DNA from: Bacillota bacterium
GTDB lineage: Bacteria; Bacillota; Sulfobacillia; Fermentithermobacillales; Fermentithermobacillaceae
Direction of reading: 5' to 3'
DNA length: 64,000 nucleotides
NCBI GenBank assembly: GCA_050952065.1
Contig: JBMNKF010000007.1
Location: 76,412 to 140,411, forward strand
Part shown: positions 48,877-57,768 of the stretch, one piece after another
Numbering within the stretch: position 1 is the first letter of the stretch
Layout: every line of letters starts with the position of its first letter
Translations under genes and position numbers: made by a program
Notes under the pieces: model-generated
The model's input: the letters and a program-made list of their open reading frames with translations, nothing else
The model's database searches: none
Told to the model about the DNA's origin: nothing

Positions 48877-50145
48877 GTGATTCTCTCAAGCCAAGAGCGG
48901 GACATGTTGGAAGGCAAGTTCGGTGAAGGCGCGAGACTTGCTATGCAGGTCGTCACCGAAGTCGGTCAGCTGTATGGGGCGGAAAGACTAGTCGCAGTCA
49001 GTCAGGTGCACATTGATGGGTGTCTCTACGGGGCGGTGGGAGACGCGGGGTTGGAATTTGCAGAAAAACTGGCTGCCGTGGGAGCCAAAGTTAGAGTGCC
49101 CACCACTTTGAACGTTACGTCACGAGATATTGAACGGTGGCGAGAATTTCGGATACCAGAGGATTTCTCCGAAAAGTCCCGGCGAATGGAAAAGGCGTAC
49201 TTGGCGATGGGCTGCATTCCCACATGGACTTGTGCACCTTATCAGGTGGGTATCGTCCCCAGATTCGGAGAGCAGATCGCCTGGGCCGAGTCTAACGCCA
49301 TATGCTTCGCAAACTCAGTGTTGGGGGCCCGCACCAATCGCTACGCGGACCTTGTGGATATTTGCTGTGCAGTGGTTGGGAAGGCACCCTACTTTGGGCT
49401 TCATATTGCGGCCAACAGAAGGAGTCAGGTTCTCATAGAGTTTGACTTGTCTTGTCGAGAGATCTTGACAAACGATAGAGCGTACTCAGCAGCCGGTTAC
49501 CTGGTGGGTGAGATAGCTGGGAGCCGGATACCCGCCATACTTGGTATACCCCACGACGTCTCAACTGACCATCTCAAGGTTTTTAGCGCTGCCGCGGCTT
49601 CATCCGGCGCTGTAGGTCTGGTTCACATCGTCGGCGTAACTCCTGAGGCCAGAACCTTGGATGAGGCGTTTCATGGGGGTGTGCCGGAGGAGACAGTAAA
49701 GGTTGACCGAGCGGCTTTGGAAGATGCCTGTCGAAGACTGGATCGGCCCAGTCTTGCTCCCGGGGCGAGGATAAGCGTGGACGTGATCATGATGGGCTGT
49801 CCTCACGCTTCTTACAGTGAGATCTGCAGCGTGGTTTCTGCCATGGGTGATAGGAAAGTCAAGCCCGGGGTTGAGTTTTGGATTCAGACCAGCAAAGCAT
49901 GCTACGACCTTCTCGAGAGATCAGGAGTCTTGGAAAAGGCGGAAAGGGCCGGTATCAAGCTACTTCGGGACTCTTGCATGCTGGAGTTTCCACTTGAGGA
50001 GTGGGGCTTTTCCACCCTAGTCACTAACTCGGGAAAGGCCGCTCATTACGCACCGGGGCATGTCGGTCTCGACACCTACTTACGAGACACTCTGGGTTGT
50101 GTGGAAGCGGCGGTTACTGGGGAGGTGGCTTCATGGATCCCATGA
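48877..50145 (+). CDS. Aconitase X catalytic subunit (AcnX, DUF521), type IIb large subunit
   Basis: ML-GEYGEA-like N-terminus (MILSSQERDMLEGKFGEGARLAM...), aconitase-like Cys/Ser-containing core. GTG 48877 after GGTGG; the ORF-track start at 48766 is less likely. Confidence 0.7.
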   Translation: MILSSQERDMLEGKFGEGARLAMQVVTEVGQLYGAERLVAVSQVHIDGCLYGAVGDAGLEFAEKLAAVGAKVRVPTTLNVTSRDIERWREFRIPEDFSEKSRRMEKAYLAMGCIPTWTCAPYQVGIVPRFGEQIAWAESNAICFANSVLGARTNRYADLVDICCAVVGKAPYFGLHIAANRRSQVLIEFDLSCREILTNDRAYSAAGYLVGEIAGSRIPAILGIPHDVSTDHLKVFSAAAASSGAVGLVHIVGVTPEARTLDEAFHGGVPEETVKVDRAALEDACRRLDRPSLAPGARISVDVIMMGCPHASYSEICSVVSAMGDRKVKPGVEFWIQTSKACYDLLERSGVLEKAERAGIKLLRDSCMLEFPLEEWGFSTLVTNSGKAAHYAPGHVGLDTYLRDTLGCVEAAVTGEVASWIP

Positions 50146-50582
50146 GAGAGTGTTTCAATGCCAGAGCGACAGTAGCAGGTGAAGCCTGTGGCGAAGCTTT
50201 GGTATCTCGTATGCCCCTCAGTCTGTGGGGAGGGTTAGATCCCAAATCCGGAAAGGTCACAGACGTGAGGCATGATCTTTTCGGTCAATGTGTATCGGGC
50301 AAGGTCTTGTTTGTACCCGAGGGTAAGGGGTCCAGCAGCAGTTCAAGCGTGTTGTTGGAGACCATACGCGCGGGAACCGCGCCTGCCGCCATAGTGAACG
50401 TGGTCACTGAGCCCATATTGGCCACCGGTTCCATCATTGGCCGTGTTCTATATGGAAGGACTGTGCCGATCTTTACGTTAGATCGGGAGGATTACGCCCG
50501 CGTCAATACGGGAGACCGGGTTACCGTTACGATGCTCCGTTCCCATCTCGCCGCGCTCATTGTAGATCGCCTGGCACAGTGA
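50133..50582 (+). CDS. Aconitase X swivel-domain subunit (DUF126), type IIb small subunit
   Basis: About 150 aa with GKVLFVPEGKGSSSSS...AIV swivel-domain pattern. ATG 50133 overlaps the large-subunit stop. Confidence 0.65.
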   Translation: MDPMRECFNARATVAGEACGEALVSRMPLSLWGGLDPKSGKVTDVRHDLFGQCVSGKVLFVPEGKGSSSSSSVLLETIRAGTAPAAIVNVVTEPILATGSIIGRVLYGRTVPIFTLDREDYARVNTGDRVTVTMLRSHLAALIVDRLAQ

Positions 50583-50647
50583 GACCGAGACCCCATCTAA
50601 AGAACTAGGAAGTTTAAGGAGACCATGAGTGTGGGACATCGCATTCT

Positions 50648-51640
50648 GTGACGATGATTCCCCTTTGTAAAGATAACCCACATGTTTGCCTGGAATTTCC
50701 CTCAAAACGGCCAACACATACTACTTTCGGAGGTGCGACCCGACTGCAAACCTTTTCCGTAGCATCCGGCAAAGCCCTGGACTCAATAAGGCACCTCGTG
50801 AATCAAGAGATACAGTTGTGGGAGACCCGCGGGGTAAAGATAGGTGTTACCGAGAATCGAGCAGGCGATTTGCTGGTCTTGCGCTGTGAAGTGCCCAAGG
50901 TCAGAGAGTGGGAAGCCCACGAAATTCTCAAAACCATCAAGGCGTCTATCGCAAATGGCTTGTCCCACGTCATCATAGACGAGTACGAGAAACTCCTGGT
51001 TGGGCGAATCATCGACGACAACTATGCATATTTGTCTGACCTCGATCGAGCGATCCTTAAGCGTAAAGTGTCTTCAAAGCTCTCGGGTCAAGACAGCCCT
51101 TCGCCATCCCAAAGGCACGATGGGGAAAGCCAGAGAAAGAGCAGAGTCTGGGCCAAACTAGCCGAATACTTGGAAAGGGAAGACGAGATAGTTGTTGAGG
51201 GATTCATCACTTTTCGCTTGAAAGAGTACCTGGAGAGTCTTTTCGATACTGTGGAGGATGTAGTCGAAGACTATCTCACAGAGCGTGAATACCGGGAATT
51301 CCTGAGGCTTCTACGGCATTTTATGTCAAGGCAGAAGAACCCCATCCGGTCAGTCAACGTGGTGCGCATAGAAGACCAGTATCGGTTGCTTGATGACAGG
51401 CAAGAATCTGTGAAAGGTGATGTGGCTAGATTCTTGCAGAAGCCTCCAAGGGGCATGGACTTGAGCCTAGATGATCTGATAGTAAGCGCAGTGGTGACTT
51501 TGGCGCCTGAGACCGTCATCTGGCACGGGGATATCGGCGGTTCGCCGTGCCATGATCTGCTTCGCGATCTATTTCTTGATCACTTTTTGATTTGTCAAGG
51601 ATGCCATCTGGAGGCCAAAGACCCGGTTCAAGAAGAGTAG
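50648..51640 (+). CDS. ytxC: YtxC-like sporulation protein (start uncertain)
   Basis: Sequence resembles the YtxC family and sits immediately upstream of thrS, as ytxC does in Bacillus. The N-terminal approx 60 aa of the ORF-track model may be spurious. Confidence 0.5.
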   Translation: MTMIPLCKDNPHVCLEFPSKRPTHTTFGGATRLQTFSVASGKALDSIRHLVNQEIQLWETRGVKIGVTENRAGDLLVLRCEVPKVREWEAHEILKTIKASIANGLSHVIIDEYEKLLVGRIIDDNYAYLSDLDRAILKRKVSSKLSGQDSPSPSQRHDGESQRKSRVWAKLAEYLEREDEIVVEGFITFRLKEYLESLFDTVEDVVEDYLTEREYREFLRLLRHFMSRQKNPIRSVNVVRIEDQYRLLDDRQESVKGDVARFLQKPPRGMDLSLDDLIVSAVVTLAPETVIWHGDIGGSPCHDLLRDLFLDHFLICQGCHLEAKDPVQEE

Positions 51641-51658
51641 ACAACGGCTCGCTCTCTA

Positions 51659-51687
51659 TTGATCTACATTTCTCCTCACGATATAAT
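51659..51687 (+). promoter_or_regulatory. Candidate sigma-A promoter of the thrS T-box leader (TTGATC-17-TATAAT)
   Basis: TTGATC at 51659-51664, 17-nt spacer, TATAAT at 51682-51687. Confidence 0.5.
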
Positions 51688-51699
51688 CCGTGAAAGTCT

Positions 51700-51985
51700 A
51701 ATCGTAGTGGCATTGAAGAGGACAGTACCGAAAGGTTCAGTCTCAGAGAGGGAAGGTCACAGGTGAGAGCCTCCTACGAGCCCTAAGGGAACACCACCTC
51801 GGAGCCTCCGGCGGAGACAGTAACGCCGGCGCAAGGAGCCCGATAGAGCTTCGCTTGAGGATGAGCATGAGAATTGAACGTGCCCTACAGGCATAAGGGC
51901 ATCCTTGCCTAACATGAGGCAGAGGCTCACTCATCGATAAGGGTGGAATCGCGGTACCCCGCCCCTTAAGGGCGGGGTTTTTGTT
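51700..51985 (+). promoter_or_regulatory. T-box riboswitch leader of thrS (tRNA-Thr responsive)
   Basis: AGAGAG stem-I motif around 51744-51749, ACCA candidate specifier in GAACACCACC, conserved T-box sequence AAGGGTGGAATCGCGG (51938-51954), immediately followed by the terminator. Confidence 0.75.
51956..51985 (+). terminator. Intrinsic terminator of the thrS T-box (attenuator)
   Basis: CCCCGCCCC-TTAA-GGGCGGGG followed by TTTTTGTTTG. Confidence 0.75.
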
Positions 51986-52027
51986 TGTGTGTACTTGGCT
52001 TTCTACTTCGGAGGGAGGAGTCGCGAG

Positions 52028-53983
52028 ATGGACAAGAATCCGGAATACAAAGTGTCATGGCTAGAATCGATATGTTCAGTGCCTGCCGACAGCACCTATC
52101 TGGACGTCAAGGAGTCCTTTGGATGGAAGAACGATGTCCTGATGGTCGATTTGGGCAGTGAAGTGAAGGAACTCAGGTCTAAAGTATGCGGAGACTGCGA
52201 TGTAGTTCCTCTCACATTTGATGACACCAGGGCCCGATGGGCTTTGAGGCATACAGCCGCCCACATACTAGCTCAGGCCGTTCTGCGTTTGTACCCTGAG
52301 GTGCGCCTGGGTATCGGCCCGGCTATTGAGGATGGTTTCTATTACGATTTCGACTCGCCTGTGCCCTTTGGACCTGACGCACTGGTCAAGATCGAAGAAG
52401 AGATGAAGAAAATAGTCTCGGAGAACCTTCCGGTCAATAGAGAAGAAGTCGACAGGGAGACGGCTCGGGCCATATTCGCCCAAAGCAATCAAACCTACAA
52501 ACTTGAGCTTCTGGAGGATTTGCCTCAAGGAGAGACCATTTCTTTATACAGGCAAGGGGAGTTTGTCGACTTGTGTGCCGGGCCTCACGTGCCCTCAACG
52601 GGCTATGTGAAAGCTTTCAAACTTCTGAGCGTGGCGGGTGCCTACTGGCGTGGAGACGAGAAACAGGCCATGTTGCAGCGCATTTACGGAACCGCCTTTG
52701 TTAAACAACATGACCTCAAGGAGTATCTGGAACGCCTCGAGGAGATCAAGAAGCGCGATCACAGACGACTGGCCAAAGAACTTGACTTGTTCAGTCTGCA
52801 GGAAGAAGGCGGGCCCGGTCTCGTGTACTGGCATCCTAAGGGCAGTATTATCAGAGAAGAAGTCGAGAACTTCTGGCGGCAGGAGCACCGCAAAAGAGGC
52901 TACGACATCGTGTATTCACCTCACATAGCCAAGATTGACCTGTGGAAAACCTCTGGCCACTGGGATTGGTACCGGGAAAGCATGTACTCGCCAATGGCAG
53001 TTGAGGAGGTGGAGTACCTTCTCAAACCTATGAATTGCCCGTTTCATATTTTGATGTTCAAGAACGACACCCGGAGCTACCGCGACCTGCCAATCAGGAC
53101 AGCCGAACTGGGCACGGTCTACCGCTACGAGAGATCCGGCGTGCTCCATGGAGCGCTCCGCGTGCGAGGATTCACTCAGGACGATGCTCACCTCTTTGTG
53201 AGGCCGGACCAGCTTGTGGATGAACTTGTGGGGGTCTTGGATCTCACTCAGTTCATGATGGAGGCTTTCGGGTACAAAGAGTATGAATATATGTTGTCGC
53301 TTAGAGATCCCCACGATAAGTCCAAGTATGTGGGCGACGACGATGTATGGGAGTCTGCCCAAGAAGCATGCGAGACTGCCCTCAGACATAAGGGGATTTC
53401 CTACAAGGTGGACTTGGGCGAGGCCAAGTTCTATGGGCCCGCCATCGATGTGAAAATCAAAGACGCGTTGGGAAGGATGTGGCAAGGGCCCACAATTCAG
53501 GTGGATTTCAACCTACCTGAACGATTTGACATAGCCTATATCGGTGAGGATGGGGCGCGTCATCGTCCTGTCATGATTCACCGGACGGTCCTTGGGAGTA
53601 TGGAAAGGTTTATTGCCGGATTGGTTGAACACTATGGCGGCGCTTTCCCGCTGTGGCTTGCACCTGTGCAAGTTCAGGTGATTCCCATATCCGAGAAACA
53701 AGCGTCCTATGCCGAAGAAGTTGCCGCTGCGCTGAAGGATGCCGGTCTCCGGGCGATCGCGGATTTGGGATCGGCCAAGATGGGATACAAGATTAGGCAG
53801 GCTCAGCTGCAGAAAGTTCCGTATATGCTTGTTGTTGGCGCAAGAGAGGCCGAAACAGGCACTGTATCGGTAAGGCATAGGGCCAGAGGTGACATAGGTG
53901 CCGTAGCCCTGGAATCTTTCATCAGGCAGGCGACGGAGGAAGCTCGAACAAAGGCTCTTGACCCTATGGTGACTCAGGCGTAG
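52028..53983 (+). CDS. thrS: Threonine--tRNA ligase
   Basis: Class II aaRS motifs, HxxxH editing motif (LRHTAAHILAQA), GPAIEDGFYYDF, C-terminal anticodon-binding domain. ATG 52028 after GGAGGGAGGAG. Confidence 0.9.
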   Translation: MDKNPEYKVSWLESICSVPADSTYLDVKESFGWKNDVLMVDLGSEVKELRSKVCGDCDVVPLTFDDTRARWALRHTAAHILAQAVLRLYPEVRLGIGPAIEDGFYYDFDSPVPFGPDALVKIEEEMKKIVSENLPVNREEVDRETARAIFAQSNQTYKLELLEDLPQGETISLYRQGEFVDLCAGPHVPSTGYVKAFKLLSVAGAYWRGDEKQAMLQRIYGTAFVKQHDLKEYLERLEEIKKRDHRRLAKELDLFSLQEEGGPGLVYWHPKGSIIREEVENFWRQEHRKRGYDIVYSPHIAKIDLWKTSGHWDWYRESMYSPMAVEEVEYLLKPMNCPFHILMFKNDTRSYRDLPIRTAELGTVYRYERSGVLHGALRVRGFTQDDAHLFVRPDQLVDELVGVLDLTQFMMEAFGYKEYEYMLSLRDPHDKSKYVGDDDVWESAQEACETALRHKGISYKVDLGEAKFYGPAIDVKIKDALGRMWQGPTIQVDFNLPERFDIAYIGEDGARHRPVMIHRTVLGSMERFIAGLVEHYGGAFPLWLAPVQVQVIPISEKQASYAEEVAAALKDAGLRAIADLGSAKMGYKIRQAQLQKVPYMLVVGAREAETGTVSVRHRARGDIGAVALESFIRQATEEARTKALDPMVTQA

Positions 53984-54182
53984 AACTGGTGGAAAGTGAC
54001 AGGCTAATGACATCTGTGCTATACTAGGCGCGCGAAGTAGAAGCCATCCGCTTCTCACCTTACGGTCAAATAGGGCTGGTAAGGTTACATGACTAAGCGT
54101 TCATGCGAAGAACATGCGTATTGTCGTGGGCGGGTGGATTACCTGCCCACGATTCTTATGTTTGAAAGGAAGGTGGCACGCA

Positions 54183-54758
54183 ATCAGCCAGGACCAAAGA
54201 ATTAACGAGTACATTCGTGTCCGAGAAGTGAGGCTGGTTTCCCAAGACGGGGAACAGCTTGGGATAAAACCTACTCATGAAGCGCTGCGGATTGCCAGAG
54301 AATTGGGCTTAGACCTAGTGGAAGTGGCGGCTCAAGCCAAGCCTCCAGTATGCAGGCTTATGGATTATTCCAGATGGAAGTACGAGCAGTCAAAGCGGAT
54401 GAAAGAGGCCCGAAAGAAGCAGAAGATGCAAGATGTGAAAGAAGTCAAGATGAGGCCCACCATCGATGATCACGATTTCGAAGTCAAAGTCAGAGCCGCA
54501 GAGAGGTTTCTTCGAAGCGGCGACAAAGTCAAGGCTACTATTATGTTCCGTGGTAGGGAAATGTCTCATCTGGACATCGGCCAGAGAGTTCTAGAGAGAC
54601 TGCTTGAGCGGGTCAAGAGTATTTCCGTCGTTGAGAGGGCCCCCCGGATCGAGGGCCGGAACATGATCATGGTTCTCTCTCCTAAGCCCCAGCCTCAAGC
54701 TCAATCCGGAGCACAGAAGTCTCTAGACGTAGGACCAGCACAAGATATCGGGGTTTAA
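54183..54758 (+). CDS. infC: Translation initiation factor IF-3
   Basis: INEYIRVREVRLVSQDGEQLGI... canonical IF3. No ATG/GTG/TTG at the conserved N-terminus; a probable AUC start at 54183 lies 7 nt after AAAGGAAGGTGG (see findings). The ORF-track 54114..54758 adds a non-conserved leader. Confidence 0.7.
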   Translation: MSQDQRINEYIRVREVRLVSQDGEQLGIKPTHEALRIARELGLDLVEVAAQAKPPVCRLMDYSRWKYEQSKRMKEARKKQKMQDVKEVKMRPTIDDHDFEVKVRAAERFLRSGDKVKATIMFRGREMSHLDIGQRVLERLLERVKSISVVERAPRIEGRNMIMVLSPKPQPQAQSGAQKSLDVGPAQDIGV

Positions 54759-54772
54759 GGAGATGTTTTGAC

Positions 54773-54976
54773 GTGGCCAAGAACAAGATGAAAACTCACA
54801 GCGGGGCCAAAAAGCGCTTCTTTGTGACCGGTACCGGGAAGATCCGACATTTCCACTCGGGACACAGCCACAGGCTGGCGGGCAAGGATGCCGCCCGCCG
54901 ACGCAGACTGAGGAAAGACTCCGGGATCAACGAAGTCTCGACGAGGAGAATCCGGACTCTCATCCCTTACAAGTAG
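54773..54976 (+). CDS. rpmI: 50S ribosomal protein L35
   Basis: KMKTHSGAKKRF...GKIRHFHSGHSHRLAGK. Confidence 0.9.
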   Translation: MAKNKMKTHSGAKKRFFVTGTGKIRHFHSGHSHRLAGKDAARRRRLRKDSGINEVSTRRIRTLIPYK

Positions 54977-55009
54977 GTACATTAAAGAAGCTGAAAGAGG
55001 GTAACGCAA

Positions 55010-55369
55010 ATGCCTCGCGTAAAAACCGGTATGACCAACAGACACCGGCATAAGAAGATACTGAAGCTCGCCAAAGGCTATTGGGGCAAGAGATCGAAGT
55101 CGTTCCGCATGGCCAACGAGACCGTGATGAAAGCTCTTCATTACGCCAGACGTCACAGGCGTGAGAAGAAAAGGGAGTTTCGCAGCTTGTGGATTGCACG
55201 CATTAACGCGGCCGCAAGGGTCAACGGCATGAACTACAACACCTTCATAAGCGGTCTGAAGAAGGCCGGAATCGATATCAACAGACAGATGCTTGCAGAT
55301 TTGGCTGTCGCCGACGCCAAGTCTTTTGCGGATTTGGTGTCGGTAGCCAAGAGCCAATCTTCGCTCTAG
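55010..55369 (+). CDS. rplT: 50S ribosomal protein L20
   Basis: [37 protein letters not shown]... canonical L20. Confidence 0.9.
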   Translation: MPRVKTGMTNRHRHKKILKLAKGYWGKRSKSFRMANETVMKALHYARRHRREKKREFRSLWIARINAAARVNGMNYNTFISGLKKAGIDINRQMLADLAVADAKSFADLVSVAKSQSSL

Positions 55370-55373
55370 TCAG

Positions 55374-56183
55374 TTGACGATGGACGTACCGTGGCGGCTC
55401 ATAAGCAGTCTGCAGGCCAAGAAGGAACGGACTAAGTCGCGCCTTACAGTGGCTGAGGGGCCGCCTTCGGTGCTCTTGGGCTTACTCTCTCAGGCGGTAT
55501 TTGAGTTTTTGATCCTAGATACCGAGATGGAAGCCACGGCTAGGGGGCGTGAGATAAGAGAAGCTTTAGCCCAGCACCCTAAGCCGGGCAAGGTATTGAC
55601 GGTTAAGCCGTCTTTGTATCGCAAGATGTCTGGGACGAAGACTCCTCAGGGCGCCCTTCTGGTGCTGCCTTTCCCTTTTGAGTTTGTGTCCCCGCTTCCC
55701 AAAAGTCCCTGGCTCGAACCGCTGTCAGTAGTTGGGGTTGACCTGCAAGACCCTGGCAACGCCGGTACTCTCATCAGGAACGCCGCAAGCGTGGGAGCAT
55801 GGGAAGTCTCGTTTACCGGCGATGCGGTGGATCCGTATTCCCCCAAATGCATTCGGGCATCTGCGGGGGCAGTTTTCCAAGTGCCCGTCACTTACCACAA
55901 AGACCCAGTACTCTACATTCGCGATCTCCTGGACACGGGGTCAACTGTCTACAAGACGCTTCCTGAAGGCGGAATTGTGCCGTGGGAAGCTCGTCTGGAT
56001 AAAGGCTGTGCCTTGGTGCTGGGAAACGAAGGACAAGGCTTACCCTGGAAAGTCGATTCACTCATAACTCAGGCCATATCTATCCCCATGCCCGGAGGCA
56101 CTCAATCCCTCAATGTTGCCGCGGCTTCAGCCGTGGTATTGTACGAGGCCGCCAGACAAAGGATGACCTGCCCCTCTCAGTGA
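55374..56183 (+). CDS. TrmH/SpoU-family RNA 2'-O-methyltransferase (with N-terminal substrate-binding domain)
   Basis: SpoU motifs VDLQDPGNAGTLIRNAASVGA, LVLGNEGQGL, IPMPGGTQSLNVAAASAVVLYE. Confidence 0.75.
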   Translation: MTMDVPWRLISSLQAKKERTKSRLTVAEGPPSVLLGLLSQAVFEFLILDTEMEATARGREIREALAQHPKPGKVLTVKPSLYRKMSGTKTPQGALLVLPFPFEFVSPLPKSPWLEPLSVVGVDLQDPGNAGTLIRNAASVGAWEVSFTGDAVDPYSPKCIRASAGAVFQVPVTYHKDPVLYIRDLLDTGSTVYKTLPEGGIVPWEARLDKGCALVLGNEGQGLPWKVDSLITQAISIPMPGGTQSLNVAAASAVVLYEAARQRMTCPSQ

Positions 56184-56189
56184 ACGTTT

Positions 56190-56217
56190 TTGTGACCAGT
56201 GTTTGACGTGCTATAAT
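56190..56217 (+). promoter_or_regulatory. Candidate promoter with extended -10 (TTGTGA-16-TGcTATAAT) for pheST leader
   Basis: TTGTGA at 56190-56195, TGCTATAAT at 56209-56217. Confidence 0.45.
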
Positions 56218-56224
56218 ACGAAAA

Positions 56225-56625
56225 AGGGAACTGAGAAAGCGGGGGCTAGTCTTGAAGCTGGCAAAGGCGTTCTGGTCTGTCTTTGAGAAGACCGGTTCAG
56301 TGATGGCTTACTTGCTCTACCGCCACTACCTCGAGCTCTCCACACGCTTTGAGAAGAGCGAGGTTCAGTAATACCCTAACCGCATAAGGGGTCATGAAAG
56401 AGAACGTGGGTCGGAGGAAGCGGACAGAGAGGGGAAGGTGCGGTGGAACTTCCCTACGATAGACCGGCCGGAATTCGCTCCGGAACCCCCGGGCTGATAC
56501 TGTAGGTCCGGCGTGATCTTCGCGATAAGAAGACCTTGAGAGGGTCAAGACTTGACCAAAATGTGGTGGTAACGCGGAAGCGAGAGCTTTCGTCCCGTTG
56601 TTTGGGGCGAAAGCTCATTTTGTTT
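56225..56625 (+). promoter_or_regulatory. T-box riboswitch leader of pheST
   Basis: Conserved T-box sequence AATGTGGTGGTAACGCGG (56560-56577) overlapping the 5' arm of terminator GAGCTTTCGTCCC...GGGGCGAAAGCTC followed by ATTTTGTTT (56583-56625). Confidence 0.7.
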
Positions 56626-56651
56626 ACGACTATGGAGGAGGACTGAGCGCC

Positions 56652-57689
56652 ATGGACAAGAGTCGCATGGATGCCCTTTTAGAAGAAGCACGAGAAGAAA
56701 TGGCCAGTGCTTCTACTTTGGCCGAACTCGACCAGGTGAGACTTCGTTTCTTGGGAAAGAAGGGCCAAGTTACGGCACTTCTTAAGACCATTGGCTCGTT
56801 ACCCGCCCATGTCCGGCCGGCTTTCGGCTCCGAAGTGAACTCTTTGCGGGCCACTATGGAAAAAGAACTGGAGGATAGGCGAAAATGCATAGAGACCGAA
56901 GCGCTCTTGGACAAAGTCAAGAGTGAGTCTTTGGACGTCACCTTGCCCGGCACAAAAGTCGAAGTAGGAGGGCTTCATCCCATCACCAAAGCTCTCCGGG
57001 AAGTCCAGGCGATATTCTACGGCATGGGTTTCACCGTCTACGAGAGCCGGGAGACGGAGACCGACGAGATGAACTTCGTCCTGCTCAATCTTGCACCTGG
57101 TCACCCTGCTAGAGATATGCAGGATACCATGTATCTTACAGAATCCACGCTGTTGAGAACTCATACGTCTCCTGGACAGATTCGGGCCATGCGAGATAAG
57201 AAGGGTGCGCTCCCGGTCAGGATCATCGTTCCCGGTAGAGTGTACAGGCGAGACCCTGCGGACGCATCCCATTCGCCCGTTTTCCATCAGGTAGAAGGGC
57301 TAGCCGTTGACAGGGGAGTCACGTTTCGCCACTTAAGAGGGGTGTTTGGGGCATTTGCCCGCAAGTTTTTCGGCGAGGATACAGAAATCCGAATGCGCCC
57401 AAGCTACTTTCCGTTTACCGAACCTTCCGTGGAGATCGATGTTTCCTGCGTTCTTTGTCGCGGAAAAGGCTGTTCGGTATGCGGTCAATCGGGATGGTTG
57501 GAGCTGTCCGGCGCAGGCATGGTTCACCCCAGAGTCATTCGAAACGGCGGATACGATCCTAAGGAGGTAACGGGGTTCGCGTTTGGTTTCGGCCTGGACA
57601 GGGCGGCTATGTTGAAATACGGTATCGACGACATGAGAGTGTTCTTAGGTAACGACAAGCGTTTTCTTTCGGAATGGCGCGGCCTCTAG
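56652..57689 (+). CDS. pheS: Phenylalanine--tRNA ligase alpha subunit
   Basis: ATG 56652 after GGAGGAGG. Class II motifs (FRHLRG, YFPFTEPS, GAGMVHP). Confidence 0.9.
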   Translation: MDKSRMDALLEEAREEMASASTLAELDQVRLRFLGKKGQVTALLKTIGSLPAHVRPAFGSEVNSLRATMEKELEDRRKCIETEALLDKVKSESLDVTLPGTKVEVGGLHPITKALREVQAIFYGMGFTVYESRETETDEMNFVLLNLAPGHPARDMQDTMYLTESTLLRTHTSPGQIRAMRDKKGALPVRIIVPGRVYRRDPADASHSPVFHQVEGLAVDRGVTFRHLRGVFGAFARKFFGEDTEIRMRPSYFPFTEPSVEIDVSCVLCRGKGCSVCGQSGWLELSGAGMVHPRVIRNGGYDPKEVTGFAFGFGLDRAAMLKYGIDDMRVFLGNDKRFLSEWRGL

Positions 57690-57768
57690 GCATGGCCCCA
57701 ATCCGTTCTAATCCTGGCGAGGAGGGAAGGGTCTCGTCTCACATCCAGTGGGGCGCAGGCGTGCTTAC

